From: an uncultured Gammaproteobacteria bacterium
GTDB lineage: Bacteria; Patescibacteriota; Microgenomatia; Daviesbacterales; UBA10151
Length of the DNA stretch: 64,000 bases
Direction of reading: 5' to 3'
NCBI GenBank assembly: GCA_964405655.1
Contig: CAYOOO010000005.1
Span: forward strand, 6,335 to 70,334
The notes under the pieces are model-generated. The model made no database searches, was not told the origin of the DNA, and was given only the letters and a program-made list of their open reading frames with translations. Numbering within the stretch: the first letter of the stretch is position 1; each line of letters opens with the position of its first letter. Shown here in pieces: positions 9,586 through 17,766 of the stretch. The translations under genes were made by a program, and so were the position numbers.

Positions 9586-9953
9586 TCTATTTTCTCATTA
9601 TCCTGGCATGTGTAGGCAGAGGCACCAATTGTGGCTTCTTGACCATCAATTGAATAAAGCCAGTATTTACCATCACCTTGGCTAACTCCATTTATTGCAG
9701 TCACCATCTTACCTAAAGCGCTGTCAGTATACTCAACACTTTTAGTACTTTTCTGCAAAGCTTCAAATGCAGTTTTGCCTTTTTGGCACTGATAGGAGAT
9801 TTTACTAGTTTGAGAAGCTGCTGACAAAGAGGCAGTAGGTTCTTCTTGAGAGAAGGGTTTAAGAGGTCTTGAGGAACTAATTAAATAGGTGGTAGCTGCA
9901 ATCAAAACCAAAACAACTATAAATCCCACCAGCAAGTTTAAGTTCTTATTCAT
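9570..9953 (-). CDS. DUF4430-like (transcobalamin-like fold) exported protein.
   Basis: Signal anchor, then ...NGVSQGDGKYWLYSIDGQEATIGASAYTCQDNEKIEW, which resembles the DUF4430 signature (W-Y-x-NG/DG ... D-I-EW). Confidence 0.4.
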   Translation of the reverse strand: MNKNLNLLVGFIVVLVLIAATTYLISSSRPLKPFSQEEPTASLSAASQTSKISYQCQKGKTAFEALQKSTKSVEYTDSALGKMVTAINGVSQGDGKYWLYSIDGQEATIGASAYTCQDNEKIEWDLK

Positions 9954-10045
9954 AAGTAGAAAAGAAGTGTCTGGTTAAAATACCAGTCTTAGACTAACTT
10001 TGTCAATTCACAAGATATTGGGGGGTAGACAGACCAGAACTCATG

Positions 10046-10118
10046 TCCAAGGCCCTGGAGTCGAACCAGGCTAAACAGGTTTTACAGACCTGCGCATCAA
10101 CCGCTCTGCCAGCCTTGG
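10046..10118 (-). tRNA. tRNA-Tyr (anticodon GUA). It is type I (short 5-nt variable loop) with a C1:G72 acceptor pair and A73; no encoded CCA.
   Basis: Reverse complement: CCAAGGC-TG-GCAGAGCGGTTGATGC-G-CAGGT-CTGTAAA-ACCTG-TTTAG-CCTGG-TTCGACT-CCAGG-GCCTTGG-A. This folds as a cloverleaf with GTA at positions 34-36. Confidence 0.8.
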
Positions 10119-10196
10119 GTTTAAAACCTAAATTAAACTCATAAATTATACCAAGATCTTGAGGGTGATGCCAGAGAATAAGGAGTAAAGCCTTAG

Positions 10197-12458
10197 TTAC
10201 TTATTAAATCCACCAACGAAGAAGTCCCAGATCATCTGAAGAAGACCTCTGCTTGTTTTAGCTCCTTGAACAGATGGAGCGGGCTGAGGTGCAGTCGTAC
10301 TCTCGGGTTGGGGCGCAGGAGCACTTGTTTGTGCAGGCTGAGGAGTGGACTGAGTACTAGTTGTAGTGGTTGATGAACCTCCACACTGACAGGAGCAGAA
10401 ATCACCATTCCAGTTACAAGTTCCTCCACAAGATCTGCATCCTGATTCCTGTGATTCTCTATTCATACCTGAAGGAGCTGTAGTTTGAGTGGTGGTAGTA
10501 CCTGTAGTGGTTGTTCCTGAAGTAGGTGAATTATAACCTCGGCAGTAACAGCTTCCACTACTCCAGTCACAAGTCCCACCACCAGATCTACAAGTAGCTT
10601 CTTGAGAGTCTCTAGTCATGGTGTTACCTGAGTAACTACCACTGCCACTATAAGAACTCGTTGTTCCGGAAGTAGATCCATAATTTGCATACTGACAATA
10701 TGATCCATTCCAAGTCCCACCACTATTCCTACATGCTTGTGCTGGATCATAATAGTTATTGGTGGTAGTAGCTGGTGCGCTGTAACCTTTACAATAACAG
10801 GAACCATTACTCCAATCGCAAGTTCCTCCACCCGCCTTGCAACCAGCCTCTTGTTGGTCCCTACTACTCATACCAGCATTATTGTTTCCTGAAATACCTT
10901 TCATACAATTACAGGTAGTGCCGTTGTTATCCCAACTACAATAACCACCTGATTGATTACAGGCTCTATTTTGATCTGCTGCAGGCGCATTGGTCTTAAC
11001 TTCTATCTGTGTGTAGTTGGGATTTCGATAATTTTGGCAACTACAAATTCCGCTGCTCCAATCGCAAGTACCACCGCCTGATTTACAGGTAGCCTCCTGG
11101 GAGTCTCTACTCATGGTACTACCACCATAGTAAACACCAGCACTGGTACACTGACAGGAGTTATTAGCCCAACTACAACCTGATTGGCTACACATCTTTG
11201 CAGGATCATAGTTATATGAAGCACATAGACAGCCGCCCCCAGCACCGCCAACCCAGGCACAACCTCCTCTGGCACAGGCAGCTGCAGGATCTGAGTAGTA
11301 TTTATCTGCCTGGTAATCTTTACAGGACGAACCATCCCAGTATTTACTGGCTTGTGTCGTACACTGATAAGCATCAGCGCTCTTATTTAAGGGTGTACAG
11401 ACTCCTCCCGGACCGATGTAGTAATCAGCTGGACAACGGACATAATAGTTGTAACTCTCAGTTTTTGGCCGGCATTGCTCAGGGTTGTCCCGACAGAACT
11501 CCATGTATTTTTGCTCAGCAGAACCTTTTTGGGGACTCATACATTTATCAGCGTTCTCTCGGCAGTGTCTGGCAAACTCTTCAGGGCTGGTGTAGTCACC
11601 AATTGGTCGAAAGTCTACTGCTCCACCAACAATACTTCTACAAGATTGGGGATTATTTTTACAATAATTTAAACAGCTCTCAGGTGAGTTACAACCTCCG
11701 GGTCCTCTAAATTCTCCAGGGCCACCACCAAAGTTTGAGCATTCCTGATAATTTTTGGGGTCCAGACAAAAAGTTTTACAGGTAGTTTCTGACGTGCAGC
11801 CTCCTGGGCCAACTCTCATCTCACCACCCCTTAACCCAACCTTTTGGGCAACTTCTGAACACTTTTGGCGATTCTCTTCTTTGTCGCAAAGACTCTTACA
11901 GGAGGTCGCATCATTGCAACCTAAAACCGCTTTTACCTTGTCTAAAACCCTCTCTGGTTCCTCAACATACCCGCCTGGTACTCCGATTTCTTTTGCCAGC
12001 TGATTACATTTATCATAGTTTTCCTCCTTATCACAAACATTTGCACAAGATTGAGGTGTGTTACACCCAAGAATCCTCTTGGCCGCAATTAAGAATTTCT
12101 GTTCAACTTCTGCTTTTAGACCTTCCCCCTGATAAAAACCTTTGGTCTTAGCATAGGCCACACAAGCATTTTCATTAACTGGATCTTCGCAAAAAGTTCT
12201 ACAGGATGAATAATTTGCACAATTACCCAGCTCGGCAATAGGAAAAACAATCCCGTATTTGCTGGTCTTTTTTACAACCTCTTCCTCAAGATCATCAACT
12301 CCATCATTATTTTCATCTAATACTGGATGCGAAGGGGAAATAAGAATTGGTACTTTATCAACTGTAACTAATATAAAAACAAAAACTACTAAAGGAAGAA
12401 GTAGCGATCTTAGTAATCTGCTTTTTAAAATGCTCAAAATTGAATTATTAAAAGTCAT
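10197..12458 (-). CDS. Giant secreted Cys-rich repeat protein (753 aa), copy 1 of a paralogous pair. It has a signal anchor, ~5 four-Cys repeats (LGCxxxxSCxxxCDxxxNxxKCxxxAK), four ~50-aa SRDSQEATC-SGGGTCDWSSGSC-C-GY repeats, a Thr/Ser/Pro/Gln-rich tail and a conserved hydrophobic C-terminus.
   Basis: Read from the translation. Strong collinearity with ORF 15445..17766 over the N-terminal 350 aa. Confidence 0.6.
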   Translation of the reverse strand: MTFNNSILSILKSRLLRSLLLPLVVFVFILVTVDKVPILISPSHPVLDENNDGVDDLEEEVVKKTSKYGIVFPIAELGNCANYSSCRTFCEDPVNENACVAYAKTKGFYQGEGLKAEVEQKFLIAAKRILGCNTPQSCANVCDKEENYDKCNQLAKEIGVPGGYVEEPERVLDKVKAVLGCNDATSCKSLCDKEENRQKCSEVAQKVGLRGGEMRVGPGGCTSETTCKTFCLDPKNYQECSNFGGGPGEFRGPGGCNSPESCLNYCKNNPQSCRSIVGGAVDFRPIGDYTSPEEFARHCRENADKCMSPQKGSAEQKYMEFCRDNPEQCRPKTESYNYYVRCPADYYIGPGGVCTPLNKSADAYQCTTQASKYWDGSSCKDYQADKYYSDPAAACARGGCAWVGGAGGGCLCASYNYDPAKMCSQSGCSWANNSCQCTSAGVYYGGSTMSRDSQEATCKSGGGTCDWSSGICSCQNYRNPNYTQIEVKTNAPAADQNRACNQSGGYCSWDNNGTTCNCMKGISGNNNAGMSSRDQQEAGCKAGGGTCDWSNGSCYCKGYSAPATTTNNYYDPAQACRNSGGTWNGSYCQYANYGSTSGTTSSYSGSGSYSGNTMTRDSQEATCRSGGGTCDWSSGSCYCRGYNSPTSGTTTTGTTTTQTTAPSGMNRESQESGCRSCGGTCNWNGDFCSCQCGGSSTTTTSTQSTPQPAQTSAPAPQPESTTAPQPAPSVQGAKTSRGLLQMIWDFFVGGFNK

Positions 12459-12463
12459 ATTTT

Positions 12464-12718
12464 TTACTTCACTGAGTCGAAGGGATTCTTATAAACTGCA
12501 AACGGGTTAACGTATTGAGACGATTTATCAAATGGATTACTATACTCAGATTTCAAGCCAATCTTTGCCTCTTTAGATTTTTCAGATTGAAAGGAAAAGG
12601 GCAATTTTTCAAGCGGGTTTTTGATTATTCCCTGAGAAACAAGAATTGCTAGTATAGCTACTAAAATAACTACTAGGAGTAAAGGAATTAAGGCGACTAT
12701 TCCTTTTTGATTGGGCAT
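12464..12718 (-). CDS. Small membrane-anchored protein (84 aa) with a PilX_N-like N-terminus (MPNQKGIVALIPLLLVVILV) and three NPF motifs; paralog of 17763..18008.
   Basis: Shared architecture: MxNQKGI + TM ... EYxNPF..QYVNPF..YKxPF. It sits 5 nt upstream of the giant gene. Confidence 0.5.
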   Translation of the reverse strand: MPNQKGIVALIPLLLVVILVAILAILVSQGIIKNPLEKLPFSFQSEKSKEAKIGLKSEYSNPFDKSSQYVNPFAVYKNPFDSVK

Positions 12719-12748
12719 TAATTAATTATTCACTGAAATTTTTTCTGA

Positions 12749-12776
12749 GAATGTGATTTAAATCACATTTTGTCAA
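12749..12776. promoter_or_regulatory. CRP/FNR-type palindrome AATGTGAtttaaaTCACATTT, abutting TTGACA on the sense (-) strand, upstream of the small gene and giant gene.
   Basis: Matches the 22-bp consensus AAATGTGAtctagaTCACATTT at 14 of 16 half-site positions. A second copy is at 18029-18056. Confidence 0.5.
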
Positions 12777-12794
12777 GAGATTGCGCTCAAGCAT

Positions 12795-13868
12795 TTAGTT
12801 CCTCTGGTAATCTTGGGCGATTCTATGAATATAACTCATGCAATCTATTTGTTCGTCCTGATTTTCTAAGCTCCGACAGATAACTTCTGATTTCTGCCTC
12901 CAATTCGGTAAATCTTGGAATACCATCTCGCCAGCTGCAAAGCGGAGACATCTTTTTTGGAAATTAACCAGCAGGGGTTGCATTTTACATAAGCTAATAA
13001 TTTTATCCGTATCTGCTTGAGAACTTAATACGCTATAAGATCCCAAAGAGTCAAAACATGCTTCTTTAAAAACCTCAGAAGTTGAGGTATTGCAAATTTC
13101 AGCTACCTGACCAACGACAAAACCAAATCTTCTAATCATCACCATTGGTTGATTTCTACCACAAGCGGTATCATAGATTTCAGGTAATTTATTACAAGGT
13201 GATAGTGGATCTTCCTGATTATAGAAGTTAGTGGAAGCAGATCTCTCAAATTCCATAAAGACTCCATCGTAACAAAACTGTTGGTTGTTAATTAACTTAT
13301 TACACTCTTTTAACGAAGCTTCTAAATCCTTAACTTTATGGAAACTTGCCAAACCGTGCCCAATTCCATGTACGCAGCTAGCAACTGGACCAGAGTTTTG
13401 CGGACCAAGTTTGTTACAAGCTTGCTCAGCCTCTGATAATTTCTCCGTTCCAAGGTAAAAGGCTTTATCTAAAAATCCGTGGAAGCAGCCGTAGGCAAAA
13501 GTAGGTGAACAAATAGACAAGCCTGAAAAGCCTGATTTGTCAAAAATGAGCCCTCCCATAAAGTGCGCTAAATCATGAGCAACATTACCACTCCCAGGAT
13601 TATTTTGATAAGTGTCAACGATAAAACTCCAAGTAGATTTTAAACCCTTTTGACCTGTTAACTTCTCAAGGTAACTATACTTTTCCTGTATATCTAGTTC
13701 CAAAAAGCCTTCTCTTGTTAAAGGAGTGAAATTTGAGTCTTGGGAAATTTCTGCATTTAGCGGTACTTGGTGATAAAACGGGTTTGTTAAAGCAAGTATA
13801 ATAAACCCTAATACCATAATCAAACCAATCAAAAAGTAGCGATCTTTTAAAACAGACAACTTAACCAT
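12795..13868 (-). CDS. Membrane-anchored Cys/His-rich repeat protein (357 aa) with ~7 repeats of C-x9-11-C-x-HG-x-GHG (e.g. CVHGIGHGL); paralog of 13869..15404 and 18070..19254.
   Basis: N-terminal TM; periodic Cys pairs; the HG-x-GHG motif degrades toward the C-terminus. Confidence 0.55.
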   Translation of the reverse strand: MVKLSVLKDRYFLIGLIMVLGFIILALTNPFYHQVPLNAEISQDSNFTPLTREGFLELDIQEKYSYLEKLTGQKGLKSTWSFIVDTYQNNPGSGNVAHDLAHFMGGLIFDKSGFSGLSICSPTFAYGCFHGFLDKAFYLGTEKLSEAEQACNKLGPQNSGPVASCVHGIGHGLASFHKVKDLEASLKECNKLINNQQFCYDGVFMEFERSASTNFYNQEDPLSPCNKLPEIYDTACGRNQPMVMIRRFGFVVGQVAEICNTSTSEVFKEACFDSLGSYSVLSSQADTDKIISLCKMQPLLVNFQKRCLRFAAGEMVFQDLPNWRQKSEVICRSLENQDEQIDCMSYIHRIAQDYQRN

Positions 13869-15404
13869 TTAATTTTTATATAACGAAGACTGGCAAGTTT
13901 GACTAAAGCCTGAATCCGCACTTTGACAAAGTTGTTCAATTTTTGTATTGTTGTTGCCGAATATATCTTTTAGTCTTTGACTCAATACCTGGAAACAGTG
14001 GGTTTTATCACGAGAGGAAGCCAACTTATTACAGAAAGTTTGTGGTTGATTAGTCATTGTTTCCCCCCAGAAGTCAACAATCACATTCAAACCACCGGTT
14101 ATACACTCTTGGAAATACCAAGGAGGCGAAACTTGGCAAAACTGAATAATCTTATCTGGATCTCTTAGGGTTTGACCAGCAATGTCCCTACCTAAACTTC
14201 TAAAACAAACACCCATCATATTCGCAGGGGTTCTCTGACATTCAGCAGCAATGGCTTGGAAGTTATAATTAAAAATACTTAGCATTCGGCTTGTTTGCAT
14301 TTGATAACACTCAAACTGGACTAACTCTGATTGATCAACACTGTTGCAAGGAAATTGAGGATCACTACTAACCCATTCAGTCTTATGACCTTTGACTGCT
14401 CCTCTCCCCTCGGCAACCATAATATTTTCCATGAACACTCCTCCAAAACACGATCTTTTAGCATAATCATTGGAAAGTTGATAACAGAGATTAATTGCTT
14501 TTGGTATATCATAGTTGATATAAGCAGTGAGACCATGACCAATGCCATGAAGGCACTCAAATTTAGAAAAATCTGTCTTGAATTTATTGCACAGGTTTTC
14601 AACTCTTTTCATTAAGGTTTTCTCCCTTTGAAGTCCCTTGGATAAGGCCTTTTGTTGGGCAATAAATGCTTCCATAGCACCATGGATAAAGCCGGAGTGA
14701 CAACTATAGTTTATTTTCTTAAAAACTGCTGATTTATAAGTTTTATAGGCAGTTCTTCCAATCAAATGCGCTTCTTGATGACAATCGACCTTGGATCCTC
14801 CGTCAGTATCTAAAACTAACTTATCCATTAATTGATTGCCTCCTAAAACAATTAACCAGTACTTTAGCTGTCTTTCGTCTTGAGCTAGTCGGTAAGCATC
14901 AGTGGTTTGCAGCTTCGCATAGAGTTTTTTAGGAAAAATTACATAATAAATTCTTGCTAAGTAAGCTTTAATATCATTTATCAATGAAGTTAAGTTAAAT
15001 TTTTTGGTGTTGTCTTTAGATGGTGTAAATTGTGTTGATCCAGATTCTGAAACTGTAATTTTCCCAATAAGATGAGGATTGAGGTGATCATGGAATTTAA
15101 ATATACCTGCTTTTTCAAACTTGAACTTCCAAACTTCGCCAGGTTGGATTGGCCTTTTTGGATCAAACTCTTTATAAATCAAATGAATGGGGTGAAAATC
15201 TGAAGCCGGCCAGCGTGCATCAGTATCCTCGTTTTTAAAAATTACCTCCTGACCTTTTTTAATTGTTATTTCATCTGGTTTGAATTCACCATCCTTAAGC
15301 AATATTGTTGCTTCCTCAGAGGACAAAACAGCTTTTGAGAAAAATATAGAATAACAAATTAATCCAAACAGGAAAACAAACCCAAACCTTCTCAGTCTAC
15401 CCAT
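13869..15404 (-). CDS. Membrane-anchored protein (511 aa) with an N-terminal cupredoxin-like beta-sandwich (no Cys ligand; HDHLNPH) followed by ~9 Cys/His repeats (CHSGFIHG, CLHGIGHGL).
   Basis: Translation read directly. The stop abuts the start of the next paralog. Confidence 0.55.
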   Translation of the reverse strand: MGRLRRFGFVFLFGLICYSIFFSKAVLSSEEATILLKDGEFKPDEITIKKGQEVIFKNEDTDARWPASDFHPIHLIYKEFDPKRPIQPGEVWKFKFEKAGIFKFHDHLNPHLIGKITVSESGSTQFTPSKDNTKKFNLTSLINDIKAYLARIYYVIFPKKLYAKLQTTDAYRLAQDERQLKYWLIVLGGNQLMDKLVLDTDGGSKVDCHQEAHLIGRTAYKTYKSAVFKKINYSCHSGFIHGAMEAFIAQQKALSKGLQREKTLMKRVENLCNKFKTDFSKFECLHGIGHGLTAYINYDIPKAINLCYQLSNDYAKRSCFGGVFMENIMVAEGRGAVKGHKTEWVSSDPQFPCNSVDQSELVQFECYQMQTSRMLSIFNYNFQAIAAECQRTPANMMGVCFRSLGRDIAGQTLRDPDKIIQFCQVSPPWYFQECITGGLNVIVDFWGETMTNQPQTFCNKLASSRDKTHCFQVLSQRLKDIFGNNNTKIEQLCQSADSGFSQTCQSSLYKN

Positions 15405-15444
15405 CTTTCCGTCTAATATACCATATTTTGAATTTCTTATGGGT

Positions 15445-17766
15445 CTAATTTTTTCCTAGCAAGAAGTTAATCACTCTCTGAAGCCAGCTGACTTGAGTGC
15501 TTGCTCCTGCTACACCGCCAGCGTCACTGCTAGGAGGTGGGGGCGGAGGGGGCTCTGGTGGAGGCGGGGGAGGGGTTTCATAGCTTGGAGTTCCATAAGA
15601 AGGGGTAGCATAACTCGGTGTACCGTAACTTGGGGTAGCATAACTTGGACTCGGATAAGAATAAGATGGTGATGGGTATGAGTAAGATCCAGGGGTGGGA
15701 TAACTATAGGTACCTGAGGGAGTGTAATAGCTAGGTGAAGGATAAGAATAGCTACCAGAAGGTGTTGGATAAGAATAACCAGGTGTTGGGTAGGAGTAGC
15801 CTGATGAAGGAGTTAAGTAGCTTTCTGGTGTGTAGTAAGTTGGGGTGGTATAACTACTACCTGGTGGAGGAGTGTAGTAGGATGGTGTTACATAATTTCC
15901 TCCAGAAGGAGTGTAGTAGGTCGGGGAGGTGTAGGTACTGCCAGGAGGAGGAGTGTAATAGCTAGGTGTATTATAAACCGCTGGTGTATAGTAGCTTGGG
16001 GTGGTGTAATTTGAACCAGGAGGTGGGGTATAGTAGGTCGGTGTGGTATATGAACCTGTTACATTGATTGGAGTATAGTAGGTTGGTGTGGTATAAGGCG
16101 GTGGCGTGGTGTAATTAGGTGTGGTATAACTCGATCCCGGAGGTGGAGTATAGTAATAGGGTGTAGTGTACCTTGGTGGGGTGTAGTAAGTCGGGGTGGT
16201 GTAATTTGAGCCAAGAGGAGGGGTATAGTAGGAAGGCGTGTTATATGAAGGTGTTGGGTAATTTCCTTGCGGAGTTGGATAGTAGGTTCCTGGTGTATAG
16301 TAAGTTGGGGTGGTATAACTACTACCTGGTGGAGGAGTGTAATAAGAAGGAGTCAAGTAGATACCTGGCGTATAGTAGCTTGGGGTGGTGTAATTTGATC
16401 CCGGAGGTGGAGTGTAGTAGACAGGCGTGACATAAAAACTTGTTGCGGGCGGGGTATAGTAAACAGAATCTTTAGGCGGAGTATAGTAAGTACCTGGGAC
16501 AAAATTATCTAGGGGTCTTGGAGATTTAGCATCAAATCCCTGACATTTGCCTGGATTGTCCTTACAAAAGTCATAACAAGCGCCTGGTGAGTCACAATTC
16601 CCCATCTCTTTAACTGGCTCCATTTTGACAGGAGTCCCGGGTGTGTAATATATAGAGGGTAAATATTTATCTGTTGGTCTCGGGCCACTTCCATCAAAGC
16701 CTCCACATTTACCTGGGTTTTCTTTACAATAGTCATAACAGGCTCCAGGGGTCTTACAATTTCCCATATCAGGTCTAGGTTGAAAGTATGCACCACCTGC
16801 TGTTGGGTTAATCCCTGGTGGCGGGCTGTCTTGACAGCTTGATCCACTCCAATATTTACCTCCTTGGGCACAGGATTGAGCTACTTGTGTCTTATCATTC
16901 GGTGTGCAAGCACCTCCAGGTCCAAAATTCTGTCCAGCCGGGCAAGCTACCGGAACATAGGCTCCATTGGAACCTGGTGCATAGCTCCTACAATCAGCTG
17001 GGTTTTGTTCACAATGCGATCGGCAGGATTCAGGGTTATTACATCCTCCTGGGCCTTGGAATTGTTGGCCTGGTGGAGCAAAAGCCTGACATTTACTAAA
17101 GTTATTTGGATCAGCGCAGAAGTTTTTACAAGTAGCATCTGAATTACATCCTCCTGGGCCCTCTTTAACCTCTCCCCCTAAAAGCCCAACTGACTTAGCA
17201 AACTGGTCACATTTTGCAGCATTGGCCTGGTTATCACAAAAGCTGCTACAGCTGGCAGCTGAATCACAACCTAAGATTTTCTTGGCTTGATCTAAAAACT
17301 GTGGTTTATCTGGTTCTTGGACATAACCTCCAATAATCTCTTCTTCTTTAGCAAAACCATCACATTTATCTTTATTTTCAGCTTTTGAGCAGAAGTCTAA
17401 ACACTCTTCCTTATCTTTACAACCTAAACCATCTTGAGTTTTCTTCCAAAATTCATCATCAGCAGCTAAAACTTTATCCTGTTTATAAAAACCCTTTTTC
17501 TTGGCATAGTCTGCACAGGAGGAAAAGTTGACTGGATCATCGCAATAAGCTAAACATTCTCCTTTGTTCTCGCAGTTGCCCAAATCTTTGATGGGAAAGA
17601 CTACAGCGTTATCTTGTCCACCTGGCGCAGGTGAGGCAGTTGGGCTTGGGGCAGGAGAAGGGGATGTTGTTTGAGCTTTTGCTTGAGTACTAAAAAAGAA
17701 GACTAGAATTGAAGCTGCCAGTAGTATTGCTAACTTATTTAGATTTCCTCTAATTAAATTGATCAT
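15445..17766 (-). CDS. Giant secreted Cys-rich repeat protein (773 aa), copy 2. Its N-terminal 4-Cys repeats are homologous to copy 1. The C-terminal ~300 aa are tandem Tyr/Thr/Pro-rich repeats (TPSYYTPPPGSNYTTPTYYTP), then poly-Pro and a conserved hydrophobic C-terminus.
   Basis: Signal peptide; PIKDLGNCENKGECLAYCDDPVNFSSCADYAKKKGFY aligns with the copy-1 PIAELGNC... block. The start overlaps the small gene stop (ATGA). Confidence 0.6.
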   Translation of the reverse strand: MINLIRGNLNKLAILLAASILVFFFSTQAKAQTTSPSPAPSPTASPAPGGQDNAVVFPIKDLGNCENKGECLAYCDDPVNFSSCADYAKKKGFYKQDKVLAADDEFWKKTQDGLGCKDKEECLDFCSKAENKDKCDGFAKEEEIIGGYVQEPDKPQFLDQAKKILGCDSAASCSSFCDNQANAAKCDQFAKSVGLLGGEVKEGPGGCNSDATCKNFCADPNNFSKCQAFAPPGQQFQGPGGCNNPESCRSHCEQNPADCRSYAPGSNGAYVPVACPAGQNFGPGGACTPNDKTQVAQSCAQGGKYWSGSSCQDSPPPGINPTAGGAYFQPRPDMGNCKTPGACYDYCKENPGKCGGFDGSGPRPTDKYLPSIYYTPGTPVKMEPVKEMGNCDSPGACYDFCKDNPGKCQGFDAKSPRPLDNFVPGTYYTPPKDSVYYTPPATSFYVTPVYYTPPPGSNYTTPSYYTPGIYLTPSYYTPPPGSSYTTPTYYTPGTYYPTPQGNYPTPSYNTPSYYTPPLGSNYTTPTYYTPPRYTTPYYYTPPPGSSYTTPNYTTPPPYTTPTYYTPINVTGSYTTPTYYTPPPGSNYTTPSYYTPAVYNTPSYYTPPPGSTYTSPTYYTPSGGNYVTPSYYTPPPGSSYTTPTYYTPESYLTPSSGYSYPTPGYSYPTPSGSYSYPSPSYYTPSGTYSYPTPGSYSYPSPSYSYPSPSYATPSYGTPSYATPSYGTPSYETPPPPPPEPPPPPPPSSDAGGVAGASTQVSWLQRVINFLLGKN
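15546..16500 (-). repeat. In-frame tandem DNA repeats of ~30-60 bp encoding the YYTPPPGS(N/S)YTTP(S/T)YYTP units inside the 773-aa gene.
   Basis: Visible periodicity of ggtggagg/agtgtagtag/ccaggtgg units on the + strand. Confidence 0.6.

Noticed and set aside
15546-16500. Periodic DNA repeats considered as a possible CRISPR array.
   Set aside because: The repeats are imperfect, contiguous with no unique spacers, and lie in-frame within a long ORF encoding Tyr/Thr/Pro repeats.
10232-17142. Numerous antisense or alternative-frame ORFs (for example 11198-11710, 16173-16430, 16509-16871, 16818-17142) inside the giant repeat genes.
   Set aside because: They are shadow ORFs generated by low-complexity repetitive coding sequence. 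The long sense-frame proteins with signal peptides are the coherent reading.
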